Assembly: GCA_013416795.1 (NCBI GenBank)
Contig: RQSC01000024.1
Location: 225,982 to 289,981, forward strand
Direction of reading: 5' to 3'
Source of the DNA: Prasinococcaceae sp. CCMP 1430
Taxonomy: Eukaryota; Plantae; Prasinodermophyta
DNA length: 64,000 nt
Each line of letters starts with the position of its first letter. The first letter of the stretch is position 1. The translations under genes were made by a program, and so were the position numbers. Positions 1 through 10,198 of the stretch are shown here, piece by piece. The notes beneath the pieces were generated by a model, which did no database searches, was not told the DNA's origin, and saw only the letters and a list, made by a program, of their open reading frames with translations.

Positions 1-1929
1 CTCGGCGCGCGCGCGTTCGACGCACTCGTCGGCGCCGCGGCCGCTGCGGACGCCGCGCTGCGCCCAAATGCCGCTGGCGGTGCGCCGCGCGCCTCAGAGG
101 GCTTCTCCCGCTTCGTGCGCTCGCCCTTGTGGGCGGCGCTGCACGAGTGGGCGCGCGCCCACGGCCCGGTCTTCCGCCTCGCGTTCGGACCAAAGGCCTT
201 CCTCGTCGTCTCCGACCCGGCGATGGCCAAGCACATCCTCGCGACCAACGCCAGGGCATACGACAAGGGCTTCCTTGCCGAGTTCGCGCGCGACTTCATG
301 GGCGACGGCCTCATCCCCGCAGACAACGCGACGTGGGCGCGGCGTTCGCCCGCCGTGCGTGCGGCGCTGCACGCGCGCTTCCTCGACGTCGCGCTCGGCG
401 TGCAGTGGGAGTGCGCGCGCGAGGCCGCTGCGGCGCTGCGCGCGCGCGCGAAAGCCGCAGCAGACGGAGGCGGGGAGGAGCTGGTGGTAGACCTCGAGGA
501 ATTCTACGCCACCGTTGCGCTGCGTACCGTCGCGCGGCTGCTCTTCAACGTGGATGTCGGGGTGGAGGGAGGAGGCAGCGCAGCCGCAGGCGGCGAGAAC
601 GGCATCGACGGCCAGGGCGGCCTCTCCGCGGTGCTGCGCGCTGTGACCGGCGTCATGCAAGAGGCCGAGCACCGCTCCACCTTCTTCGTAGAGTACTGGA
701 AGCTGCCCCTCGTGGCGGCGCTCGTCCCGCGCCAGAGGCGATTCCAGGAGAACCTCGCCACCCTCCGCCGTGTGCTCGGCGGGCTCGTCGACGAGGCCCT
801 CGCCGGCGACCGCGCCGAGCTTTCCGCCGAGGACCTCGCCGCGCGCGACTACTCATCGCTGCCAGACGTCAGTGTGCTGCGCTTTCTTGTCGACGTGCGC
901 GGCGAGGACGCCGGCGCCAAGCAGCTCCTCGACGACCTCATGACGCTGCTCATAGCCGGGCACGAGACCTCCGCGGCGGTGCTCACGTGGGGGACATTCC
1001 TGCTGCTGGGGGGTGGTGAGGCGGCGGGTGTTGACGGAAGCACCGAGCGCTGGTGGGAGCGCGTGCAGGCGGAGGCGGACGCCCTCGTCGACGCGGTGGA
1101 TGCGCGCGCTGCCAACACCGAACGCGGGGGTGCGGATGTGGGCGCAGACGGGGCACGGGTGCGCGCACCCTTTGGCGTCCCGCACCTTGAGGACCTCCTG
1201 CGCATGGAGGCGGCGCGGCTGTGCGTGGCCGAGACGCTGCGGCTGTACCCCCAGCCGCCGGTGCTCATCAGGCGGCCGCTCGAGGACGACGTGCTTCCGA
1301 AAGGGGGAGGCAGCGGGGGCAGGTGCGGGCGGCGCGCGTCGTCTTGCAATGCGTGCGTGCGCGTGTGTGTGTGTGTGTGTCGCACGAGCTCTCTTTCGCT
1401 CTCACCGCTGACAGCCCGGCGCTCGCGTGCACGCGCGCGCTGTTGTGCCTGCTCTCTGCGCGTGTACAGCGCCACTGGCGGCGGCTACGACCTGCCCGCG
1501 GGCACCGACATCCTCCTGTCCGCGTGGAGCCTGCAGCGCTCCGAAGAGGTGTGGGGCGCGGACGCGGCCGTCTTCGACCCCGAGCGCTGGCGCCGCGACG
1601 TGCGGGCGCGGCCAGAGCTCGGGTGGGGCGGCTACGACGCCACCGAGGGCGCCGCGCGCGGCCTCATCCCATCGGAGCGCGCGTCGGACTTCGCCTTTTT
1701 GCCCTTCGGCGGCGGCATGCGGCGGTGCGTGGGCGACCAGCTGGGCCTCTCGCAGGTGCTCCTCGCGCAGGCGGCCCTCGCGCGCGAGCTGGACGTCGAG
1801 CTGGTGGACCCGGCCGGCGTTGGCATGCGCGCGGGCGGGAGCATCCACACCGCCGCCGGCCTGATGGCACGGGTGCGCGCTCGCAGTGTGGTGCCGCCGC
1901 GAAGCCCCGCGCCCGCGGGCCCCGCGTGA
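1..1929 (+). CDS. CYP97B: Cytochrome P450, CYP97B-like carotenoid hydroxylase (5' end lies upstream of the window); intron 1323-1469
   Basis: Frame 1 is open from base 1. Motifs YDKG..A, EAEHRSTF, AGHETSAAVLTW, ETLRLYPQPPVLIRR and heme motif FLPFGGGMRRCVGDQ match the CYP97B pattern. GTGCGG...TACAG intron (147 nt, in frame) removes a TG-repeat stretch and restores GSATGGGYDLPAGTDI. Confidence 0.88.
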   Translation, partial: LGARAFDALVGAAAAADAALRPNAAGGAPRASEGFSRFVRSPLWAALHEWARAHGPVFRLAFGPKAFLVVSDPAMAKHILATNARAYDKGFLAEFARDFMGDGLIPADNATWARRSPAVRAALHARFLDVALGVQWECAREAAAALRARAKAAADGGGEELVVDLEEFYATVALRTVARLLFNVDVGVEGGGSAAAGGENGIDGQGGLSAVLRAVTGVMQEAEHRSTFFVEYWKLPLVAALVPRQRRFQENLATLRRVLGGLVDEALAGDRAELSAEDLAARDYSSLPDVSVLRFLVDVRGEDAGAKQLLDDLMTLLIAGHETSAAVLTWGTFLLLGGGEAAGVDGSTERWWERVQAEADALVDAVDARAANTERGGADVGADGARVRAPFGVPHLEDLLRMEAARLCVAETLRLYPQPPVLIRRPLEDDVLPKGGGSGGRCGRRASSCNACVRVCVCVCRTSSLSLSPLTARRSRARARCCACSLRVYSATGGGYDLPAGTDILLSAWSLQRSEEVWGADAAVFDPERWRRDVRARPELGWGGYDATEGAARGLIPSERASDFAFLPFGGGMRRCVGDQLGLSQVLLAQAALARELDVELVDPAGVGMRAGGSIHTAAGLMARVRARSVVPPRSPAPAGPA

Positions 1930-3302
1930 CTCCGCGTGACGCGTGCCCGTCCCCGCGCACCCGCCCGCGTTCCCGTTCCGTCCCGGCGCCCCGCGCACGG
2001 CCCGCGCCGGCACTCGGCAGCCCCTCATCGGAAGGCGTCCCGCCGCGGCTGCGGCTGGATCCCTGCCGGGGTTCCTCACGAACCCACCTGCGATACGCAC
2101 CTGCCTGAGTTGGGCCCATGATTGTCAATGATTCGTGGGTTGGAGGGCGGCGGCCGACGGGGTTGCTAACGAGCCTCCGATCATTCCGCCGCCTCGGCGC
2201 GGCGCTCGGCCTGCGAGGCAGCGTGGTGAGGGCGGGGGTGGAGACTGGCTGGGGATGTGACCTGAACCTGACTGATGGTGGTGGGGAGCTCGATCGAAAC
2301 GCGTGCGCGGCTCCACGTCGACGGCGCCGACGACGGCCTGACTGGCGCCCGCCCGCCAAAGGGCCGAAGTTTCGGTCGAATATTTGGAAGGCCCATCGGA
2401 TCGTCGGTCCGAGGCGCAAGTGTCGGGTCTCGGCATTTTCGCATTTCGGGGCGTTGGTTGGCTGGTTGGCGTTGGTTGGCGGTCGGATCGACGGGCGATT
2501 TGATCGGGCGTCCGGAAAATTTAGAGCTCGGGGCGGCGGGCGCAGTGTGGCAGGCGCACACAAACCCGCGCTTGGCGAAGCTCGCTCCGAAGCCAGCCCC
2601 CCACGTGCCGGCGAGGCGGCGTCGGCGGATGATGGATCGGCTCAGCGGCGCGCTGATGGGCGCGACGCGAGCGTCGCCCTCGTGGGAAATCTGATGAGTC
2701 TGGGTGCTGTCGTGTCAGGCGGGACGGGCGTCGCGTCGGGGGCGTCCGAGGCCGGGCGCGCTCCCTCCCCCCCGTGTTCTGAATGGTTCTCGCGGTCGTG
2801 CCCGCCGGCCCGTGGCGCTGCGCCGAGGCTCCGACCGGGCGAGATCATCCGGGGCCGCTCGAGGGGGGAAGCGCCGGCGCGCACTTCGCCGCCGCTCCCC
2901 GCCCCGCCCCCGTTCGAAGATCGAACCCGTTTCCATCGGAGTCTCCCGGTCTTTCGCACGGGTGCGACCCCGCATCACCCCGGACAGACCGGGGTTCCCA
3001 AGGGGCACGGAACGAGCCCCACCGCGGAAATTCGGAACGGCGGCGCGAAGGGGCGCGCTGAGTGGCGCACTGATTCGGAGGTCGGATGCATTCATTCGCG
3101 CCATCACATCACGCAATGCGAACAGCTGCGCGCAGGCGGGGGGCGCGCCGGCGGCTGGGGGTCGCCACTTGGAGCAGCGCGGCGGCGGGATCGGTCGCGC
3201 TGCCAGCGCCGTCGCGGGCGCGGCGCGCTACGCACTGGCGGCGGGCGACGAGGTGTGACCGGGATGGCGCGGTGAGTGTGACCTCTCGGCGTGTAACCCG
3301 CA

Positions 3303-6035
3303 ATGGCGGAGGGCGGCGCCGAGGGCGCCGGCGCTGCGGGGGGCGGTGCGCCAGCTTCGCAGGCGGCGGCCGCCGAGACGCAGGTGGATACTGCTGCCTG
3401 CGATGAGGTGCAGCCGCCCATGCCGCCGCCGCCTGCCGCGACGGGCGAGTCGCGGCCATCGAAGCCACGACGGTGCCGCCGACAGCAGTCGGAGCACATC
3501 GCGGCGCAGCTCGACGAGCACAGGCAGCTGCAAAGAGATCTCGTGGTCTTGCATCGGCAGCGGTCGCGGCGACGGCTCGCGAGCGAGGGCGGCGGCGGCA
3601 GTGAGAGCGGCGGCAGCGACAGCGGTCATAGCGGCAGCAGCGGCAGCAGCAGCAGCGGAGCGGAGAGCGACAGCAGCGATAGCTCTGCGCCGGGTACGCA
3701 CACCCCTCATGCGTCGACCAGTGACGACGAAGAAGAGGCGGCGAGCGCGCCAAGCATCGTCATCGGTCACGAGGTCCCACGGGAGCTTGGCGAGGTGGTT
3801 GTTCGACGCAAAGCGCGGTTGAGCGAGCGAGCGCGCAGCAGCGGTAGCAGCAGCTGCAGCGTTGGCACCAGCGGCGAGGCCAGCGAGGGGAGCGAGAGCG
3901 GCGAGGCCGGCAATGCGACCACGCCGACCGGGCACGCCGGCGCCGACGTGCGAGACGACGGCGGTGAGGATGGGCATGAGACCGCATGCGACGACGACGA
4001 CCAGGCCGAGACTGAGGAAGCCAAGAACAAGGCGCCCCGCAAAGCGAGCCAGCGGGGCATCGAGCTTTACTTCAAAGTCTGGACGACCTTTGCCGTGGTC
4101 GCCGCCGTTCTGAACGGCCTCAACGTCAAGTGGACGCACCTGAGTGCATGGTCCATTCCGCTCGCGGTCATCCTCTTCATCGTGCAGTGCGCGCTGCAGT
4201 GGTCCGCTTGCGAAATCCCGCTGATCTCCTTTGCCACGCTGCTCGTCACGCCCCCGGAGGATGAGAAAGCCGACGGCAGCAAGCTCACGGTCGCCATCAA
4301 CTACAACCTGCTGGCCAGTGACAAGCTCGAGGTCGAAGCCTGCTTGGGCAACGCATACGAGGCGTACATAGGCAATCTTGCACCCATCGTTTTGAGCATA
4401 TTGGTGAGCGCGACGGGCGACCCGGACCTCAAGAACTACGAGATGGAGTACCGGGACAGGTGTCGCGAACAGATACGCGAGCTGGTGATGACAGAGGGCG
4501 CGGCGGTGTGCGCAGGCGGCGAGGCGGCGGAGGCGGTGGACGTCGGGCGGCGCAAGCGGCTGTACGAGCCCGAGCTCGCCGCGGGCGCTGCGCTCGAGGA
4601 CATCGCCGAGCGCGCGGCGCTGGACTTCATGGTGGTGCAGCGCGTGACGCGCGTGCTGCGCAAGTGCGGACAATACCAGGATTTGATGATACTGTCCGAG
4701 CGCTCCAACGTGACGTACACCTACTGCGACCCGAAGCAGTACAACGAGGCTGCACGTGAGGGCGGCGGGCCCATGTTTCATCCCAGCGCGGACGTGAGCC
4801 GGGTTGAGGGCCGCCGCATCGACTACGTTCTCGTGTTGGACGGAGACACGGGCGTGGTGAAGGACTCGCTGGCCGAGCTCATGTCGGTTGCTGCCGCCAA
4901 CCCCGACCGCGCCATTGTGCAGCCTGCAATCAAGCTCTTCGCCAACCCAGACCAGCCGCTCTTCATGCACATTGACGCGATGCGGCAGGACCTGTGCGAG
5001 CCCATCTCGGCGGCGCTGACCACTCTGCTCGGGCGCTCGGGCTTCTTCGGAAAGGGGCTCATCAACAGCCGCCTGTACATAGACAAGCTGCTGGGAACTC
5101 CCGACAAGCTCATCGAGCAGGTGCCCATAGACGTCCTGTCGCACGATACGTTCGAGGCCGCGGCCACCGGCCCGTTGTACGTCAAGGGCGTGCATCTCCT
5201 GGAGGAACCTTGTGGTAACTACACCACCTGGGACATTCGCGAGTGCAGATGGAACCGAGGCGAGCTCGTGCTGTCGCATTACTTCTTCCCAGAGACCGCA
5301 GGCGTGTGGTTCACGCGGGCGATGAACTACGTGCGGCCGCTCATGGGCAAGAAGAAGCCGCCCGTGTTGCACCTGCGCACGGAGACGCACCTCGATGAGC
5401 CAGGCGCGTACATCGCGCACTCGGCGCTGCGGCAGATGCTGCTGAAGCCCTCGCTGCTGCTGTACATCGTGCTGCAAACGATGGTGCCCAATCTGCTGTG
5501 GTACCCATGGCAACCCATCTGCATCGTCATGTTTATGCTGCTCGTGCTACCCAAGTTCGCAATCGCGCGCTGGGGCAACCTGCATTTGCTCGTCTTGGAC
5601 ACCATTTGCTCGATCTTGCAGTTCACGCCGGAGCCCATCATGGGCACGCTGCGCGGCTACAACTCGTGCTACGCTCACATCACGGGCGTCTCGGGATGGG
5701 TGCCGCAATTCAAGGTGGAGCAGGAGTTTGCCAGCTGCAACGCACTGCTCGCGAGCTTTCGGTTCCTCTGGAAGGTGTGCTTGGTCGGCACGGTCAGCTC
5801 GGTGTGCGTCATTATCTTCCTCCCCAGCTCATGGCTGATGCTAATCACGCTCGGGTCGACCGCCTTGCTGCCGTTCTACTGCGCAATCACGGCCGTCTCG
5901 CCTGACGACTATGCGGCAATGGGGCAGCAGGCGGCTGAGCTCCCCGGTCGCATGGTCCAGCTGTTCATCGCAGGGGTCAAGCGGCTCGCGAAGACGTGTT
6001 ACAGTGGTGGCTCCGATGTGGAGCTCGCCGCATGA
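3303..6035 (+). CDS. Membrane GT2 glycosyltransferase, OpgH/MdoH (glucans biosynthesis glucosyltransferase H)-like, with Ser/acidic N-terminal extension; intronless
   Basis: 910-aa ORF. RKCG, YVLVLDGD, AIVQP, FFGKGLI, VLSHDTFEAA and LEEPCGNYTTWDIRECRWNRGEL parallel MdoH RKSG, YMVVLDAD, GIIQS, YWGHNAII, ILSHDFVEAA and [23 protein letters not shown]. Hydrophobic segments flank the catalytic domain. Confidence 0.8.
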   Translation: MAEGGAEGAGAAGGGAPASQAAAAETQVDTAACDEVQPPMPPPPAATGESRPSKPRRCRRQQSEHIAAQLDEHRQLQRDLVVLHRQRSRRRLASEGGGGSESGGSDSGHSGSSGSSSSGAESDSSDSSAPGTHTPHASTSDDEEEAASAPSIVIGHEVPRELGEVVVRRKARLSERARSSGSSSCSVGTSGEASEGSESGEAGNATTPTGHAGADVRDDGGEDGHETACDDDDQAETEEAKNKAPRKASQRGIELYFKVWTTFAVVAAVLNGLNVKWTHLSAWSIPLAVILFIVQCALQWSACEIPLISFATLLVTPPEDEKADGSKLTVAINYNLLASDKLEVEACLGNAYEAYIGNLAPIVLSILVSATGDPDLKNYEMEYRDRCREQIRELVMTEGAAVCAGGEAAEAVDVGRRKRLYEPELAAGAALEDIAERAALDFMVVQRVTRVLRKCGQYQDLMILSERSNVTYTYCDPKQYNEAAREGGGPMFHPSADVSRVEGRRIDYVLVLDGDTGVVKDSLAELMSVAAANPDRAIVQPAIKLFANPDQPLFMHIDAMRQDLCEPISAALTTLLGRSGFFGKGLINSRLYIDKLLGTPDKLIEQVPIDVLSHDTFEAAATGPLYVKGVHLLEEPCGNYTTWDIRECRWNRGELVLSHYFFPETAGVWFTRAMNYVRPLMGKKKPPVLHLRTETHLDEPGAYIAHSALRQMLLKPSLLLYIVLQTMVPNLLWYPWQPICIVMFMLLVLPKFAIARWGNLHLLVLDTICSILQFTPEPIMGTLRGYNSCYAHITGVSGWVPQFKVEQEFASCNALLASFRFLWKVCLVGTVSSVCVIIFLPSSWLMLITLGSTALLPFYCAITAVSPDDYAAMGQQAAELPGRMVQLFIAGVKRLAKTCYSGGSDVELAA

Positions 6036-6309
6036 CTCGGGCTCAAAACTAGCCATGCGCACCACGCAAGGCTCCAAAACTCCAAACTACCACTCCGCAC
6101 GGCGGACGTGCGTCCTAATACATCACGCCGTAGCCCACATTGAGCACGGCGGTGACACGAAACAATGCGCTCCCTAAAACACTAATAACGGCACCACGTA
6201 TACGGTGCCGCTGTAAGAGGAAAGACATTGGCGGATCTTCTCGATGAGCCAGAGCCGACGCAACGCAGACGTGCGCAGCATGTGGGCCCCAGGACCTTGC
6301 TCCCCGCTG

Positions 6310-6872
6310 CTAGTCGATCAGCGCAGCCACCGCGAACGTGCAAACGAGCGATCCCACGCAACGATCGAAAGCGGCCATAAGGACGACCACGGGCGGCCTA
6401 TGCTCCCAAAGGGCGCCATCCGAGGCGGACAGCACACAGAGCATCAGACACGCCGCCAACGGGGCCCACAGCTGCGCACGTGTGAAGTCAGCGGTGACAC
6501 GACGAGCACTCGCTAATCATGGCACATCGCGACAACGCCACCCACCGGCGGCAGGTGACATGGCGCCGTGCTTTGAGGAGCGGCGCATACGGGCCATGTC
6601 GCATGACGCACCTCTGCGCTGCCGGGCCCTGTGCGACCACCAAAAAGCATGATCAGGGTGGCAGCTGCAGCCGCCTGAAGGAGCGCCGACCCGATTGAGC
6701 CTGCAAAGCACAGCCAGGTCGGATACACGTTCCTCCACGCCGCCGGCTTGCGTCCGCCCTTGTCCTTGTTCATCTCCTCTTCTAACGTCGTGGACACGCA
6801 CTTCGTGTAGTAAAATGCCTGCAGCGCGAAGCGCGCCGCCGCCGCGACCGCGACGGCCGCCTCCCAGCGCAT
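6310..6872 (-). CDS. Small multi-pass membrane protein, DUF1761-like (exons 6872-6612, 6471-6310; about 140 aa)
   Basis: GAG|GTGCGT donor and GCGCAG| acceptor (140-nt intron) give MRWEAAVAVAAAARFALQAFYY...FAGSIGSALLQA...LWEHRPPVVVLMAAFDRCVGSLVCTFAVAALID*, with four hydrophobic stretches and a WE.RP motif like DUF1761. Confidence 0.55.
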
Positions 6873-7271
6873 CGCGTGACGCGAAGGACGGCACGAAAAG
6901 CCCCGGTCCTGACGCCCTACACCGCCCCGTGGCCCTCCGTTCGTCTGTTCGGCACGCGCGGTGCACACGCTCGCACCGGTGTACCCCTGGCGCAGCAGGC
7001 GCGCGGCGGTGCGGGCGAACAGTTTGGCACAGCTGGCGCTGCCCGCACTCCTTTTTTTTTTAATGGGCGTGACTTCAATTCGACCAATTTTATCCGAAAA
7101 AGGGGGCTGCAGTACACAAGCACGCCACGCATGCCATCAATCGCCTCGTGCGCGCCGCAGCACTGCCAGCCTCCATCGGGCGCTGCTAGGCTCGCGTGGG
7201 TCTGCGCCCGGTTTTGCGAGCGTTCGTTCGTTCGTTCCCCATCGCTCCGGCATCGGATCCACGACCCCTCC

Positions 7272-9832
7272 TCACTCGGGCCCATCCCCGTGCGTGCTGG
7301 CGGCACTGCTCGAGAAAGCCGACTGCACGAGGCGGAGTCTGCGTTGACTAGTGCTCTGCTCCTCCGCGTGCGGACCGAGACCCTCGCTTGAGGTCGCCGA
7401 CTGCACGCGGCGCAAGCTCGAAGTCTTGGTGATCACGCGCGATACCGCCTTGCTGCGTGCCGCCTTTCGCGCGTCGATCGCCTCCTGCGCGCAGGATTGC
7501 ACGACGGGGAATTGGGCGAGCAGCGGCGCGACCGCATCGCGGTGCAGCGTGAGCACCTCGCAGAGCTCGGTCGCAACCACTGTGGCCGTTCTTCTTTCTG
7601 AGAAGAGGCACGCGTTCTCCCCGAAGTTGCTTCCTTGGCCAAGCGTGGCCACCACAACACCGCCGTCCAGGACGATGGATACTTGGCCCTTGACGATGAA
7701 GAACATTTCGTCACCGATGTCACCTTTGCTCACGACCTGGTCGCCGGCCAAGATGAGCTGGGGTGTGACGCATCGAACGAGCGCCTTCACAAAGGAGAGG
7801 GTTTGCTGCTCGTCTCGCGCAAATGATGCGGACACAAATCCAACCTTCAGCAAGAACTTCGCGTACAAATGCATCGACACCTCGGTCTGCATGAATGACG
7901 GGAGGTCGCCGAGAGTGTCTTCCATGCTGCTTGACTGGAACCCTCCCAGCCGCTCGAACAGAGTGTTGTAGTAGGTGAAGAGCCGGTGACGCAGTTTCGC
8001 TGGCAGCTGGTTCGTGTGGCAAAAGCGCGTGACCTCATCCATGCGATTCCGATACCGGATGGCGCGCACGTCGCTGGCCTCGGTCAGCTGGCCCACAGCA
8101 TTCACAAGCTGCGCGAAGAGGAAGAGGCCGAGCACAGAGACGAGAAAGGTGAAAACGACTTCGAGCGTCGTCACCGGGGTCGAAACGTTGCCGCTCGTCA
8201 TCGCACTCCACGCCCACCAGAGCGCGCTCACGTACGCCGCCAAGGGGCCGTGGGATGCCTCAGTGATCCCATAGAACTCTTGGTACTGCCAGCGCTCCAC
8301 TGACGCGAGGAACAGAAATGCGCACGCCACAATATGCGTAAGCACAAAGCCGTAGTATGCAAGGGACAGAAAGTAGGTCGCGACAGGCCCGAGTGTCCGT
8401 TCCGCGAGGTGTTGCGTCCCGCGCGCCATCTTGCCAAGGTAGTGAGAGGACAGGAGGAGCCGGGGGATGCGCGCCAGAGCGCGCGTCTGCGACGCCGCCA
8501 GGCCGGGCATGGCGGGGTTCAGGCGCGCGAGGTTCAGCAGCAGCTGCCATGGCGTACAGGCCACCAGCCGCTGGGCCACCCCCCGGTACCACCACCAGGC
8601 CATGCCCCCATTCCCGGACGCCTCCCGCTCGCGTCGGTGCCACGCCTCGAAGTCGACGTTGTGCTCCGTCCGGTTTGCAGTCGCCGACGCAAGAGCGAGC
8701 TCCTCGATGTCCACCGCAACGGCGAGATAGCGCACGAGGTGAATCACAGTAAGAGTGTCGGCCAGCGCATCCACCCAGCCCAACGTCACGAGCAGCTCGT
8801 CCTCAAGCTCGAACGCGCGGAGCATGGGTCCGATGGCGGCCCCAGTCGTCACGACCAGCCAGTTGTATAGGAGCACAGCGCCATTGAGGAATGCCCACCA
8901 TGTATCATTGGCGGCGGCCGTACGGCGCAGCGCCACCACCGCATCATGCTCGTGCCACCTCTTGGCCGGGTGACCGGCCGCGAGCATCTGCGCGGCGCGT
9001 GACATGCCTATCAGCGCGGCAACGGCTTTCAGCCTGCCGCTGAGCGTGCGCCAGCGAGCCCTCGCCACCGCCTGGCGGCGCGCCTTGCGCGTTCCGATTT
9101 CATCGCTGTCCAGCTGGCGCGCGCGCGCGACGAACGAAGAGAATCTAGCGGCTGTCCCGCGCCTCATGTTTGTCTGCTTGCGCTGTAGAAGCCCCAGACC
9201 ATCGAGCGCTTCTGACGTCTGGGGAGAAAAGGAGGGACACGCATGGCAGAGGGAGTCGTCGGTGGTTGCGTGAGTGCCACACTCGCAGTCGACGCGCCAG
9301 CAACAATGCTCTGCATTGCACGCACACGCACCTTCTTCGCTTCGCTGGCCCACGCGCGTGCACCCGACCTGCGGCCAAGCATTCTTTGGGCCATGCGCGC
9401 CACGGAGAAGACCGAGCTGGTACCACCGGCCGGTGCGGAGTCATGTTCGTCCGTGGCAGCGTCTGCATCTGCGTTGCCACCAAAATTGCTGGTGGTGGCA
9501 CTGGTCGCAGTTCCCTGCGTGGGCTGCTCGCGCGCTTGCAAGGGCGTGGCCGCCTGCCTGCCGTTGCTGCGAACGCGCCCCGTGGCTTGGCTTTGAGGTG
9601 TGCCGCTGCCGGGAGCAGATACAGGCACCTCAGTGTTTGCTGCGGCTGTTGAGGCGCCCATGGGAGCGGCTGCGCGTTGCGCTAGCCGCTGCCACGGCCG
9701 GGACGGGGGCGCCTTAGTAGGAGGCGATGGGCGCGGTGACGATGGCGTTGGCGGTGCCGACGACCTGAGCCCGTTGATGCGCTTGCGAACCCATCGCTGC
9801 AATCTGCTCGCCGCAGAGACGTCAGAGCTCAT
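7272..9832 (-). CDS. Cyclic-nucleotide-binding-domain cation channel (KCNH/HCN/CNG superfamily); intron 9331-9219
   Basis: Six-TM region, pore helix SALWWAWSAMTSGNVSTP, C-linker (YRNRMDEVTRFCHTNQLPAKLRHRL...LPSFMQTEV) and CNBD (GDIGDEMFFI, FGE, RRTATV). AAG|GTGCGT...CCCCAG intron joins the two ORFs in phase 0. Confidence 0.85.
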
Positions 9833-10198
9833 CGCTCCTGACTGACGCCCACACCTCCCGCTCTGTGGGAGCAAGTCTGTCTACCTCGCCCCCTTTGAGG
9901 GTGCACGGCCGGCCGGCCGGCCGCCGTGGCCGGCGCCCCGCACAGCTCGGCGGCGCCGCGCGCGCGGTGTGTGGGACGCCTCCTCTCGCGGCCTCGCAGC
10001 GCGCGCGTGCCGCTCGAATGGTACCATCAGATGGTCGCTCTCATTGATTGATACAGCATTTTCCCTTGCTCATGTCAAGTGGTGATTTCTTTGTCGCACG
10101 TCGGTACGACACTCAGGTGCAGGAAAGACTGTGCACGCAGGCTTGCTGGAGCGACATAACGAGAGAAGGAGTGCAGTGCATTATGATGTGTTGTCTTA

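Noticed and set aside
1936-3300. Arg/Gly-rich ORFs (for example 2118-3275) or an ncRNA between CYP97B and the GT2
   Set aside because: No recognisable motifs, splice pattern or RNA structure; consistent with intergenic or UTR sequence.
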